This document shows, one piece after another, positions 46,181-60,543 of a stretch of 64,000 nt of DNA. Source of the stretch: Haliotis cracherodii (lineage: Eukaryota); the NCBI RefSeq assembly GCF_022045235.1, contig NW_027266265.1, positions 34,720,001-34,784,000 of the forward strand. The letters run 5' to 3'. Made by a program: the position numbers and the translations under genes. The notes under the pieces were generated by a model. That model had not been told where the DNA came from. It worked only from the letters and a program-made list of their open reading frames with translations, and ran no database searches. Position 1 is the stretch's first letter. Each line of letters starts with the position of its first letter.

Positions 46181-49100
46181 ATGACTCGTGAAACGGCGTT
46201 AGTGCTCTTAAGCATTATAGTTTATGTATCATCTGCGCATAAGGTTGAAAAGGCTGCAGCCATCCCCACAAGATATAACGCATGGGCAGCCGGATCCAAT
46301 AACTGTTCCTGTGCGTCCGATATCACTGCCCTCAAGAGAGAAATCCTCCAGGAAGTTCATCAGCGACAGGAACTCAAGGGTGCTTTGGAGACCTATGTTT
46401 CAGAACTTTATGAACTCAGAGCTTTAGTCACTGCTCTAAAAAATGCAACCAAAGGTAAGTGTTTATTCGGCCATAGGACTGTCAATTTAACACTTTCTAC
46501 TTATTCTTTTAATAAGGGAGGTGGATAGCATATTGGTTATAGCGTTCACTCTTCAATCTGAAGGTCGGGTCCGTTTCACCTTATCTAAAAAGTGCCAATG
46601 AAATAGTTCAAACGCCGTCTACAAGGAGACGTGGCAATCCGATGTGAGGATATATACCGAAACGTCACATCATAATAGAATAAAGAAGTTGTCATTAATA
46701 AAATATCTTGTCTTCACTGTTACTTACCAAATTCTAAAAAAATGACCCATGAAGATCCGGGGTAGAATAGGTCTTCAGCAACCCATGCTTGCCGTAGAAG
46801 GCGACTATGCGTGTCGTAAGAGGCGACTAACGGGATCGGGTGGTCAGGCTCGCTGACTTGGTTGATGCATGTCATCGATCCCAATTGCGTGGATTGATGT
46901 TCATGATGTAAATCACTGTATTGTCTGGTCCAGATTCGATTATTTACAGACCGCCGTCATATAGCTGGAATATTGCTGAGTGCGGCGTTAAACAACAAAC
47001 CAAACAACCAACCAATCTAAAAAATGCCAATCAAACAGTTTATATTGGAAACATCCGACACACTAACCACTTAAGCATACCAGAAGGCATAATTTAGCAT
47101 GGATTATGAATTTCTATATTTAATAAATGTACCAGTTGGTTTTGATTAGTCTCAGACATGTGTTTAGACAAACAGATATTGCTAGGTCAATTACTTCAAA
47201 GAAAAACCGACAAAAAACGGGAACATAAGGTACACGTCAAAATAGAGAATTGCATCGGACATCATCATTATGCAAAGAAATAACATAAGCAGATCAATAT
47301 GCTGAATGCAAAAGACAAACTTTACAATATGCTGAATGCAAAAGACAAACTTTACAACGTATGTTAGTGATCATCTGGCCAGGTTATGCAAGTACTTATC
47401 CTGTGAGCAAGTGGTTATCATGATTATGGCTCAGACAGTGTTTGGAGCATCCCTTTAAATTTAGTTTAATTTGAAAAGAATGAAAACAGTGCATACAACA
47501 CACCCAACGGTATCATTTCTTATTAACCAACTATTGTCTATACAACCTCGTGAATCATAGGATAAGTTTAATGAGCCGCAGTTTGTTGTTCAGAGATTTG
47601 CCTTGATCGTGATTTTTGGTTTGTCAGCGCCATGCCCGTACTGGTGGGTGTCAACCTTTTTAGACCTGCATCATTTTGAACTTTTCTCCCCCAAAGCTGA
47701 CAAGTTGTTGTATAACTGAAATCATGTTCAACAAGGTGTTAGCCCACCTCTTTTTTAAGCCTTACAATATTTGATAAAACGCCTACAAATTGTAAATTTT
47801 GTGGAAACAGCAAAAATATGCATGATTTATTATGAATTTATATCTAGTTCATCAAACAGTTTACTGTGAAAGCCTCCAGAGGTGATATGAAATGGGGTTT
47901 AACAACGTGTTCAACAATAAACACCTCTAGAAACCAGTCTGCAAGAATACACATGATTAATAATGCTTGTTATTTCCCATTGCTCCTCTTTTTGTCAATG
48001 CAGAGATACGTCAGTAGTCTGTAACATATTTGCTGTATTCGATGATAGCCGCACAATTCTTTATACGAGTCGTTCTATCTATTCTATCAGTATGGGTTTT
48101 TTTCTTATACCAGGATGATAAAAAATGGTCACGCTATGAAACTGATTTATTTCAAGGACCCGTGAAGATCCGGTTTATAATGTGTGTTCAGCAACCCATG
48201 CTTTCTTATAAGAGGCGACTTTGCTTGTCGTAAGAGGCGACTAACTGGATCGGGTGGTCAGGCTCGCTGACTTGGTTAATGCATGTCATCGTTTCACAAT
48301 TGCGTAGATCGATGCTCACGATGGCAGTTACTTGATTGTCTGGTCCAGACCGCCGTCATATAGCTGGAATTATGCTGTGAGCGGTGTAAAAACAACAAAC
48401 AAAAATCAAACATACTAACAAGTGTAAATCGGTCTATAAATACAACTGAATGTTATACAAAAGGCGGAACTCTCACCGATGATTAAGGAATTCCTTGTAC
48501 ATAAGAAGATTAGGATTTGTTGATATCTGCGACAAACAGTTCCTTGTATATCTGGCATTCTTAACCTTCTTTATATAATGCTATGGCCATCCGATTAGTC
48601 GCTATGCCAAAAGTGAAAACGAAAAGTATGATTCAAACCATTTAATAAGGGACATTTGTGTCATGGAAGCAGTAACGGTATAAGTATTATAACGTCCATA
48701 TTACAATAGTATTTTCTGCACATTACTACAGCTACACAAATGTTAAGCCCATTTCTGGTGTCCCCCGTCGTGATATTGCTGGAATATTGCTAAAAGCGGC
48801 GTAAAACAATACTCACTCACTATAACTACACATTTTATTTTAGTGGCCCGAGCTACTGCATTGTCCGCTCAGAGAGACCCACCAGCAATCGCCTTCACTG
48901 CCAAGCTGAGCTACAACCGAGAGCTACAACCTCTGGACACCGTCATCTTCGACACAACTATTACCAACAACGGCGAGGGGTACAATTCAGAAACTGGTAA
49001 ATTCACGGCGCCCCTCTCTGGGTCGTACTACTTCTTTGCTACGGTGTTATCCGGCTACAACACCAAAGTGGAAACTGCGGTCATAGTCAATGACAAAGAA

Positions 49101-49277
49101 GTATCCCGAATGTACTCAGGCGCACATGACGCGCATGGATCTGGCAGTAACGCGGCCGTTGTAAACCTCCGCAGTGGTGACAGCGTTTGGATAAGGCTCT
49201 TGTATCAAGGTGGCACTCACGTCCACGGCTTTTACAGCACGTTTTCGGGGTTTATCCTCAATGAGAAGGATCCTTGA
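46181..49277 (+). CDS. Secreted C1q-domain-containing protein (signal peptide, coiled coil, gC1q); exons 46181-46454 and 48844-49277
   Basis: TATAAA at 46127; G|gtaagt and tag|TG phase-1 intron; AFTAKL..VIFD..YNSETGKFTAPLSGSYYF..STFSGF; AATAAA at ~49481. Confidence 0.92.
46744..47030 (+). mobile_element. Non-autonomous retroposon family C (LINE-5'UTR-like head, shared 3' tail, (AAAC)n)
   Basis: Copies at 26375-26633(-), 30160-30425(+), 48157-48400(+), 49890-50137(-) plus fragments; tail ggaatattgctgagtgcggcgttaaac resembles that of families A and B. Confidence 0.8.
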
Positions 49278-52047
49278 AAACTTTGCAAAATAAACTGTGG
49301 TTTTCGTGAACAATATGACATTTCCTTGCAGGGCGAAGAAGCTAGTTCGCGTGTGTGTGCTATCCACGCTCTGGTCCAAGAAGTTTTTGTATTATTTTTT
49401 TTGTATTGTGAGAGTTGAATAGGAACGCCTGTCTCTTAATCTAGACGTGTGTTATGTTGATTATAATGATTTTACAATTTAATAAATATACTTTGATATA
49501 AAAAAAACGTCTTTGTTGTCATGTTATATTTCATTGTCGATATTCTCCAAGTTTTCCTTTATTCGACTCTTACGTTTTTCTAAGGACATTGTATATGGAT
49601 AGTACGGATAAGTTCAGGTATTTTACTTTAGGTTTCAGAATGCATGTATGACATAATATATGTCAGATGTATGCATTGTTGAACACGACGTTACAATGCT
49701 ATCAGCCATTCTCCAATAAAAGGTTTTCACGTGAATCACTTACACCTGTTCATAGTTAGAGACAAGAAGTTTTACTATTGAATGGGTGTAAAATGTTACC
49801 AGTGGATTGATGACATGGTTCTTATTATTCTACTTTTAAGCATTTCAGTGATTCGTTTCTTAAAATGTCAGGTTTGTTTTTTGTTTGTTGGTTTGTTGTT
49901 TAACGCCGCACTCAGCAATATTCCAGCTATGACGGCGATTTGTAACGAATAGAGTCTAGACCATGCTATCCAGTGATTGACATCATGAGCATCGCTCCAC
50001 GCAATTGGGATACGATGACATGCATCAACCAAGCCTGACCACCCGATCCCGTTAGTCGCCTCTTAACCAAGCACAGTCGCCTTTTACAGCAAGCATGGGT
50101 TGCTGAAGATCTATTTTACCCCGAATCTCCACGGGTCTAAAATGTCAGGTAAAGGCAATTGTGAACATTTTAAGCATTTTACATCTTCTGCCCTAAAGTT
50201 CAACAGTCATCTGAAGTACAACCTGTACGGTCGTAGAGATATCGTGGATATCCCAAACCACCTATGTTAAGCACAGTCGTGGAAACCTGTCTCTGACATT
50301 ACTCCCATCAACAGACAAGAGACCAGAATTTTCAGCATCTCTGACGCGTTGTGTCTTAGTAGCATTTATCAATGCTGAGACAACTACAAAACAAATATGG
50401 GCCCAGACTTTACATCTGCGCCAAACTGTGTTGCAAAACGAATATATTTCTTAAAGTTTTCTTTACTTATATTTACATACCGGTTTTATTAGTTTTAACC
50501 AAATCAGTAATGGTGCTCTCGTGTCGCTGGATTTACTGGTTCATCGATCACTTGATTGTATGGGTTTTTTTCAAGCTGACGTCGCATGGCAAGAGTGCTG
50601 CTGTTCAACGTCACGCAATAATTACATTTTTTATGCAGATTGTATGAATGGCGGGTGCTAACGGTAGGGTAGGACTTGTTTACCCTTTTAGCAAACACCT
50701 GGTGTCATCACTGGTTTTCAGTAATCCATTCATTTAATTTCCACACCTATTTGCCCTTTACGCCAAATGGAATCTGTTTTGGAAGCAAATCTGGGTTGGT
50801 TATTCCCTTGCATTTACAATATAAAATTTACAACACAAAGACCTAGTCGGGTGTGTTGCAGTGTGATGAAGGTGCTCGATGTCATCGGCAGAAAAGAGTC
50901 CTGAATGTACATCACCTCGCCATGTCTCAGAACACAAAGGTGTAGCAGTTTGATGAAGGTATCACCGCCCGTCATCAACAGCTTACTCACGGGCTCAGGA
51001 TCACATCTGTACAAATTGTCTCCTGTTTCATAACAAAAACTTCCTCAAACTGCACAGCTCCCTTGTTTGACAGGAATTAACTTAACATCGCTGAGACAAT
51101 TTGCGTGTTTGTTTTGAGGGGCTACTGTTGACGCATGACAAGTTAATGCTGACTTTAACGGTTCAAGCACACGAAGCAAACCGCACTGAACAAGCACGTA
51201 AACACAACAGGACAACAACCGCGGACACGGAGATGGAAGTGGTGTGTAGAATGTACGGCTTATTACGTGTATTATGTCGAGTTGGCCCAGATGATGAAGG
51301 TCGACCAGGGCTTAATATCCCATCGAATATAACACCCACGTGGCATAGACCATAAGGCTTTTTGTACTTGGATCCGGGAATCAGGTCTCACGCTTGTATT
51401 TGAAACAAGCTAATATTTGAAATATTATATTCATTTTAAATAACACCCAAGGCCTAAGTTTATTCCTTATATTCATTTTGGACAGTTATTCTCTTTCGAT
51501 TTCAGAAATACATCTTAAAATGCATAATTCTTTTGAACTCTGATGTAACCATATATTTGGACAATGAATTACACGAACGGAGAAGGCGTTGTTTAGATGT
51601 ATATGTTTTGTGCAGTCTGAACATGTAGATTAATACGCTTTTTTCCATACACTACTTGGAGAAGAAACTACTTGTACATATACTGCATGGACATGAGCAT
51701 TATGGGTTTAAAATCAATTCCAATCAAGGTTCGGACCAATGTATGTATATTGGTATAATGATGTTCTTATATACAGCACATCACAGCTTCAGCCAAACAC
51801 AAACCATCCTTTTTGAGAAACATATCACTTTGGTACAAAATGATGATCTTACATACAGTATATCACAGCTTCAGCCACACACAAACACCCGAGGTACAAT
51901 AGTGCAATGGTGGCATTCTATATTTATCTATACATCCAAAATGTATTGGTTTTGTTCAAATGATATACATTTTATTTTATAATTTCATGAGATGAAGTTT
52001 TGGGATATAATAGATCTCTGGGCATATATATATTGAATCCACATCAC

Positions 52048-52176
52048 NNNNNNNNNNNNNNNNNNNNNNNNNNNNNNNNNNNNNNNNNNNNNNNNNNNNN
52101 NNNNNNNNNNNNNNNNNNNNNNNNNNNNNNNNNNNNNNNNNNNNNNNNNNNNNNNNNNNNNNNNNNNNNNNNNNNN
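52048..52176. other. Assembly gap (Ns) next to (TA)n-rich repeats
   Basis: Run of N. Confidence 0.99.
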
Positions 52177-52238
52177 CTTACTCCACTTATTTAATTATTA
52201 CTATATTGTGCCTGAGAGTTAGAACTTTACTGTGCTTT

Positions 52239-52299
<61 letters not shown>

Positions 52300-53140
52300 C
52301 CACATTTAACATCACCAAATCCACTGATCGTCCAGTATATATATATATATTGAATCCACATTAAACATCACCAAATCCATTGATCGTCCTGTATATATAT
52401 ATATATATATATTGAATCCACATTTAACATCACCAAATCCTAGATCGTCCAGTATCGATTTAAAATTAATAACCCGCTTATGTTTATTACCAGAATTTAC
52501 AACATTTAGTTTCACAAACGATCAATCAGTCTGGCAATCAAAAATATTTCAGAGAAGGTTTCATAAATATATAACGTCGACACCAGAGACGTCAACACCT
52601 CAACGCTGCCTTACTAACCCAAGTCACAACAAAATGTATACACATTTGACTACCAGCTTAGTAACGAAATGTGTGTCACAATTCAAAATAGTTGTACGTG
52701 AGTACTGAGTGGTTGAATGCACTATCCAGGTTTAAGTGCAGTCAGGATTATTTCAGAAATGCTAGTTACGGATTTCTTACGAAGACAACAAACACAAGCA
52801 TTAGGTTACATATTTTATTGATGATTTGTATTCAGCATATAATAATCTATAGTACAGGTTATGATTATGAGTATGATATGATGAGGTAACTGTTCATCAC
52901 AGGTGGTACCCCAATCGACTCTACATGCACTTTCATCAAGTAAGTAATGTGTATGATTCATCGACGGAAGAGTGTATGAATAATCAATCAACATTTGTTG
53001 GATGACACAAATTTGACAAAAAGATGCGTTTGTGTGACGAGATGATACAGATAGCAATGAAAATGTTTGGCAAGGAAACGTTCCAGTTCACGCCATTTTC
53101 AGTCAATTTTTAACCAAGAGCTTCCGCAATCTGACACCAC

Positions 53141-54512
53141 CTATCCAAACAGTGACACGGCATATCCAGAGAATGTGCTCCATTGTCCGTGAACATAATC
53201 CCCGTTGCCGTAGAACAAATTGATTGAAACCTCATCGCCTTGTTTCAAGTTCACGAGAATAGAGTTTGTTCCTGAACCTCTGTTGTTGAAGGAGCCCGAA
53301 TACAACCGTCCCATTTCTGCCCCGTTGACCACAAACATTGTTTCAATGGTGGTGTTATAGCCACTGAGGATGGTGGCGCTGAAATGGTAGACACCGATGG
53401 CAGGTGATGTGAACTTGCCGGTGTAGGGGTCGTATGCACCAGCATTGTTGATGATGATGTCGTCGAAGATTACAGTGTCGACGTCCTTGAGATATGGTCT
53501 GTTGGTGCCAACGCGGGCCGAGAAAGAAATGTCCTGTGATTGTCCAAGAGCTGGTCGAACTGAAAATAGATGAAGGCATAGGACGTTACAGTGAAGCATG
53601 GCACCGAGAATATCCATAATGTAGTCTCGTTATAGTGATAACGTATGTAGCTTCACGGCAGTATAGCGAGCCTATAGAAGATCAGACAATATCAGAAAAT
53701 GAACAAGTCAATATCAGAAAATCCATCAGACAATATCGGAAAATAGGTCAGACAATATCAGAGAATGGATTAGACAATTTCAGAAAATGGATCAGACAAT
53801 ATCAGAAAATGGATTCGACAATATCAGAAAATGGATGAGACAATATCAGAAAATGGATAAGACGATATCAGACAATGGATTAGACAATGTCAGAAAATGG
53901 AGACCATACTAGAAATATGAATTTTAATGTGATAAGTTTACGTTCATAGCAGAGATATTTTATGATTTTGAATTATTTTGTATCGCTTATATTTCAAACG
54001 GTGGCATAATAACGAGGTTAGTGTTAAATTAAGATTCGATGTCGTGAACTTTTTCTGGACGTCATTACTCAGATGCAATGGTGAGCAAGGTACAAATTTA
54101 GGATACTCGAGAATTTTATTTGTTAAAGAAGTTCCTGAACACTGAAATATCTCATAATAAACCAATCATGAACGCCGTAAACTTATATCGGTGGCAAGTA
54201 CTAACGTCCGTTCCTCAACGCCCTCATTCCGTTCTGCATGTTGTATAACTCCGCCGACAGCTCGTCCATTCTGTGCTGAAAACTCTCAAGTCTTCCATGA
54301 GAAAGTCTAAGTTGTTTTTCGAGATGTGAAATTTCCTCCAAACACGAACACACTTCGGTTGTTCCCGCCGTCTGGAAGTTTGAATCCGGCTCCCGAGGGT
54401 TTGTTGTAGTGTCTCGGGAATTTTCGCCATTTGTCGGAAACACGGGCCACAGGGCGGTGGCTATCTGAGCCAAGCACATCCCGAACAGAAGGGCCGATGT
54501 TGTGATAGACAT
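53141..54512 (-). CDS. Secreted C1q-domain-containing protein, paralog; exons 54512-54206 and 53559-53141
   Basis: TATAAA ~70 bp upstream; C|gttagt and ttttcag|TT phase-1 intron; SFSAR..VIFDDIIIN..YDPYTGKFTSP..STFSGY. Confidence 0.92.
53680..53900. repeat. 21-bp minisatellite in the C1q intron
   Basis: Unit gacaatatcagaaaatggatt, ~10 copies. Confidence 0.85.
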
Positions 54513-55777
54513 ATTGCTTTGTGGACTTCTTCACCAAGCAACTTGATTCGTAAATGACTTGAACTCTCCAACACGTCCTTTATAAGCATACCGTTGTCCA
54601 GTCAGGATGCGAAATCTCACGTCTACAATAAACCGACTTAAAGGATTTGCGTTATCTACAACCTTTAATGTACATCTTTAAGTCTTTATCTTCTTTTTTT
54701 CATCTTATAGCTTATCTTCCTTATGGAGAATTTGGTCAACTTCCGAGTTCTCAATGAATGGTAGATTATATTAATTAAGGCACTATAGGCGATTTCTTTG
54801 TGAGGGAAACTTGACTAAGTCTGTGTACTACAAGATTAAGTGACAAAATAGATCCCTTCACAGCGAACTTTAACACGCTAGTCTAAAAACATGTTCGGTT
54901 TGCGCTACACGTATCTGTCACTTCTTACGTGGGTGAATAGACTTTCTATTATCTTGACGTCAGGGTCTGGTTTCATCTGCCACATGAAATAAATTGAATT
55001 GTTTACCACTAGGGAGTATGACAAAATTAGCCTGTACATAAGCACCATGTATATCTAAATGTATAACAAGTGTAACGAGTGCTTGTAAAACGTGTGAATA
55101 GCTGTTGAAATCCAGCAAAAAAATATATCTCACTTACTTATGTTATTGTAGCTGGGTCGTATTTAAACAACTTTGGGTTTATTAAATACTTAACAAATTA
55201 TATTTTGGGACATGATGCATATTAAGGAGCTTCTTTTGGAGTGTGTGTTTACAACCTTCATTCAATTCATTAGCCATGTACATTTTTAACGCATAGGGTT
55301 TCAACATGTTTGTAGGGACCGTTATTACGTATTGTGTATGAAATGGTGGACCATTGGTTTGATCTCTTGATAATGATTTTTGTTTATATGACGGTCAGAA
55401 TAGCAGACTGGATTTATCATTGCGTTCTCACAACTTGGACTGGATTAGTGTTAATTTAGTATAATAAAATGTACATAATTCACGATTTTATATTGAACAA
55501 TAATTTCGAATCCATGCAGCTTGTAATATTTCGGTGCACATTTGCCAAATGGACTGTACGCCGGCTTGGCCAGGTAATTGATCATGAGAAGACAGTGTAC
55601 CCGTTCGACTGGCTCAGTGTGTATTGCACTGATATGTAAATAATGCATATCATATTAAAACAGAACATTTTAACATTCCCCTAAAAATCGCCAAAACGTT
55701 TTAGAATCTGTGCAACTTTTCATGTATTTTCAATAGAGTGACTTAAAGGACTGTGCGCAAATACACACGATTGAACA

Positions 55778-55928
55778 NNNNNNNNNNNNNNNNNNNNNNN
55801 NNNNNNNNNNNNNNNNNNNNNNNNNNNNNNNNNNNNNNNNNNNNNNNNNNNNNNNNNNNNNNNNNNNNNNNNNNNNNNNNNNNNNNNNNNNNNNNNNNNN
55901 NNNNNNNNNNNNNNNNNNNNNNNNNNNN
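55778..55928. other. Assembly gap (Ns)
   Basis: Run of N. Confidence 0.99.
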
Positions 55929-57059
55929 TACATTTGTTTTGCTCATGATCATGGAAAGGCCGGACCCATACATCGTGACAGTCTTACACACGATTGATCA
56001 CATAGGCAAAGACGTCACACAGACACAGTAGACACAAATGATGACAACAACTTTCTACAGAGACGTCGTCATTACAGTAACATTAAGAAGTTGTGTCTAC
56101 TTTGTCATCCGTCAACTTCTAAGAAATGTCTATCAAACAATCCATGACTCAGCCATGCACTGATAAAAAGACGCAATACATACGTGTATATACATGCGAG
56201 AAGATACATGTACATGACAATACATGTATGGATGTAAAGTGGGTACACACACGCAATTGTGCATTCCACGTGAGCATGCTAACAATAACACACCGTATAT
56301 GCATGTAAAAAGGGCACAAACACACGACTGTTCATGTATTCGTTTAAATTCAAATGTCCACGCCGGAGAATACTCAGTCACGGATACAAGCCGAACGAAT
56401 TCCATGGGGAAAATTCAACATCGTGATGACATTATATAAATCGATCACTGAACATAAGTGATGACACCAGGTGATCGCTCAATTGTCCTATTATACCGGT
56501 AGCATCCGCCACTGACACACTTGTAAGGGTGCAAAGTGATTGAGAGAGTGAGTATTGTTTTACGCCGCGTTTAGCAATATTCAACCAATATCACGTCGGG
56601 GGACACCAGAAATAGGCTTCCCACATTGTACCCATTTCAGGAATCGAACCCTGGTCTTTGGCGTGACGAGCCGATGTTTTAACCACAAGGCTTCCCCACC
56701 GCCCCTAAGGTGCAAAGACGGTAAACATACCATACATGCCCCGATGCCAAGAAGGCACGCACGCGCGCATGTACAAACGGTACTCATAACTGAGGGTAAC
56801 TGTATTAATGTGCCTCATGCTGAGAAAACCCACGGACATTACTTTAATTGGGTTCATTGTAAGCAACAATATACCAGTCAGTGTATATTAAACAAATAGG
56901 TCATCTTATCTCCCATGAAATGAAGATATGTTACTGACAGTAAATACATTTTATCATAGATACAGTGTGCGATTAAAGAACACCTCTACATGAGTAGTAA
57001 GGGAGGGCATACATCGACATTTAATTTTTATTTCATGGGCACAGTTTTACATGTAATGA

Positions 57060-57470
57060 ATATCATCAGTTCTACCCGTGAAGAACCTGATATGGCATTG
57101 CTATGGAGAACCGGAAGCATTCCTCCTGATAATACAGTCAGACTTTTATCATCTGTGGGCCAAAGTTCCATGGAAATAAGTACATCAATTTTACCCATAA
57201 AGAACCTGATATGGTATTGGTATGAAGAACAGGGGCCTTCCTCCTGATAATACAGTCAGACTTTTATCATCTGTGGGCCAAAGTTCCATGGTAATAAGTA
57301 CCATCTATTTTACCAATAAAGAACCTGATGTGGTATTGGTATGAAGAACAGGAGCCTTCCTCCTGATAATACAGTCAGACTTTTATCATCTGTGGCCCAT
57401 AGGTCCACGGTATTAAGCACCATCAGTTCTACTCATGAAGAACCTGATATGGCATTGGTATGAAGAATTG
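57060..57470. repeat. ~118-bp tandem repeat, ~3.5 copies
   Basis: cctcctgataatacagtcagacttttatcatctgtgg at 57122, 57240, 57359. Confidence 0.8.
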
Positions 57471-60400
57471 ATACCTCATATCCTCAAGGTATGACAACAA
57501 TCAGCACAGAAGACATCCTGTTTGTAGGCATTAGCACCCACAAGTCGATTCCATTGACAGTGTCGGCGCAGTTTGTCAAAGATATATTCTCACACATCAG
57601 GATGGTCTGGGACGATAATACACGGACATTCCTCAGCAGCACAATAAATATCCTCCCAACTCCTGTACCCTGATACGAAGCGAAAAGCTGCACGTTGTTT
57701 CCGAGTCAACGAAAGTCCCGTTACACTGCACTGGTTAACCTCACCTCAATCGAACAGCATTCAATCTCTTTCAATTCATTTACAATGGCAGAATGAAACA
57801 TATCGTCAAGGTAGATTCGTTGAATCGCAGATTCGTTGTAGCAGTATCCCTCGGGGTATGTGTGGCTTTATGCGTCCCACGTTAGGTTTATACCTCCCCA
57901 TTCTCGTGGTATCAAACCTGAGGCGGGGCTCATAAACCTATTGTCGCATTATTAAAACGAGTGAGGGAAGGTACCATTGTACGCGACCAACCCACACAAC
58001 AACACAAGACCTGAGTGAATAAACAGTCAGTTTATCAGACAGCCACTGAATATTTTATATAATCAGTCAACAACAGAATGCTTTCAATCAATTACTAGTA
58101 TCACAGAATGTTTACAATCAGGTATAGAAGTACATGTACTGTATGCAAAGAGGTGTGGTTAGGTGAATTTGGGTTTCACGTTTTAAGATTATTGCACTCA
58201 TTTAGCGGCGTGCGTGCAGTGGGAGTAGAGGGTGGGGGATGGTGGGGGTGGCTGGTTGTAAGGTCCGGACTGATGCTGATTTATAGTGCTAGCACACTGA
58301 GATACCATGCCGCAGTTTAACATGAATACCCCACTCAGACACAGTATACTGACTTCGAGCCGACCAGTCCTTGTTTTAGCCCCTTGCCTAGCTAGCGCCA
58401 GTCAACAAGTACCATCTTTTAACGTCTTTTGATATGATTCGGCCGGGGATTCAATCCCGATCTTCCACTAGACCACGAAGCGGGCAATATATGCGAAGAT
58501 ACATCCTACATTAGTCACGATACATATTCCACGGTACACAACGTCATACAACAGTTTACATGTGATTGAATATAATATATCCGACACACTCTATAGAATA
58601 CATTGCCCGAGTGGGCATTCACACAAGATACATTCTAGTACAGAGACAATACACATTCCGAGGTAAACAAGGTAACAATGTTAACAGAATTTACATAATC
58701 TATTCACAGCATGATTACAATGGAAATATCTAAAATATACTCAAAAGTAGGTCATTAACAATTACCAAATAAACATGCAGGTATTGCCAAGAGTAATAGC
58801 AGGGAGAATATCTATATAGTGTCCCTGCTAATAGCATATAGTTCAGATTTAACACAGTACAAGATAGTAACGTTTCTTATCTAAGCGAATAAACAGTCGG
58901 TTTATTAGACAGCCACAGAAAGATTTGCGGCTTGGTGTTGATTTAAGCAGGTAGGCTATAGTCTATCGTCTCGCCTGCTTTAAGTGTTTAAGAGGTCGTC
59001 TTCTGCCGTAGAGTTTTGGCTGACCTGTCCTTCCTTGGGACAGTAGGGTACACATGTGAGTTGGGTACACATATCTATTGTGATTTTTAGTAATGATAAA
59101 CAATTCTGTTTTTGTATTAACAAGATTTCTATTTTCGAATTGATATGATTTTTTTTATTTTTAGAAATTGATAAAATTTCTTTTGCTGTTCTGTTTTGCT
59201 GTACGTTCAAGAAGATCACTTTTTTCCGATATATAGTTAGTTTGGGCTTCTCTATTGCATCTCTTGGCTTTAGGCGATCTACGGAATAATATTCCATTAT
59301 TTCACAATTTCAAAGTCTTAATATGTGGTATGTAACGTGATAAAACTTTGTCCATTTTCCCCATGTTAATAGTATGTACGAGCTTACTGAATTATCTTTA
59401 CTACAATCGGTACAATACGTACGTTAACAGAAGAAGGTAGGCATACTCATAACGCGAGATTAACACCAAAGGATAATAAATTGAGTACACGCAAAACGGA
59501 ATTAGTGAAGGGATGGGTTATCTAAGCTTTGTATTGATGAGCAAGTTTCATAGTCACAATTGGGTTATTTACATTGACCAGACATCTGTGTATTTGGAGG
59601 TAGATCTAGAATTAGCACGTTTACAAACGTATTACCCCCTCAGCAGGAAGGAATGTGTTAAAATAAGTTGACAACCGATCTAGAGGGGTATAAAATGTGA
59701 TGTACCCTGTGTGTGAGCCTATGTAACCCGGGCCGTCAGGGGTACACAGGCTCACACACAGGGTAAATCACACTATATGTCCTGAGGGATTGTTTGACAA
59801 CGAGTTTGATTCAGAATGTGACAGACGACGCAAACGAACCGAGTTACTTCCTTTTACCCAATGCATTCGGATAAACATCGGTTGTTCAGCTCAACGATTC
59901 GTATGCGAGATAAGCAAGTTACCTAAGGTGTGTTCCGGATGTTTTCCCTGCGGGGTAAATAAGCGGGTTACATGGAAACTATTTGCCCACTCTTAACCAA
60001 TCAGAAGCTAGTATTTTAATGTAAGATTTAATAAATAGCATTGTTATTGAAGAGCCTCAAGTCTTGAAACAGTTGAAACTTCTGTTACTAATTTGTCCTA
60101 TCGCAAATGAACACGTACATGTTGATCACGTGACCAGCTTTGTTCTCAAGTCCCAACAAGGAAGTGAGACGCCCTCTGCTGTGTGTGTCAAGGTAATTGC
60201 TACAGTGCTACACACTTGCTACAGTGTTGCTCTGCATATATGTAAAACTCTAATGGTAGATTTGTACATCAAAACCGTTAACTATATGATTACAACATTA
60301 AGCGAATAATGTTGATATAATAATGGAGTGGTTATTCTTTCATATTCGAATAGATTTTAATAACGAAAGTAGCCTTACAGATTTCGAAAGCGAAAGTGAT

Positions 60401-60543
60401 GGTTTGGGTTTAGATTAGAAATTAGTTGCCCCAAAATATCCACAGAAATAAATATACAAAGAATGCAATAAATACAATTAGATGTTGATTTTATCCATCA
60501 CAAAAACTCAATTGAACAGGACAGGGGTAATCTCTGTCGTGTA

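Noticed and set aside
46630-46670. Hammerhead-like remnant (…gatgtgagg…ccgaaacgtc)
   Set aside because: CUGAnGA core not intact and stems not convincingly supported
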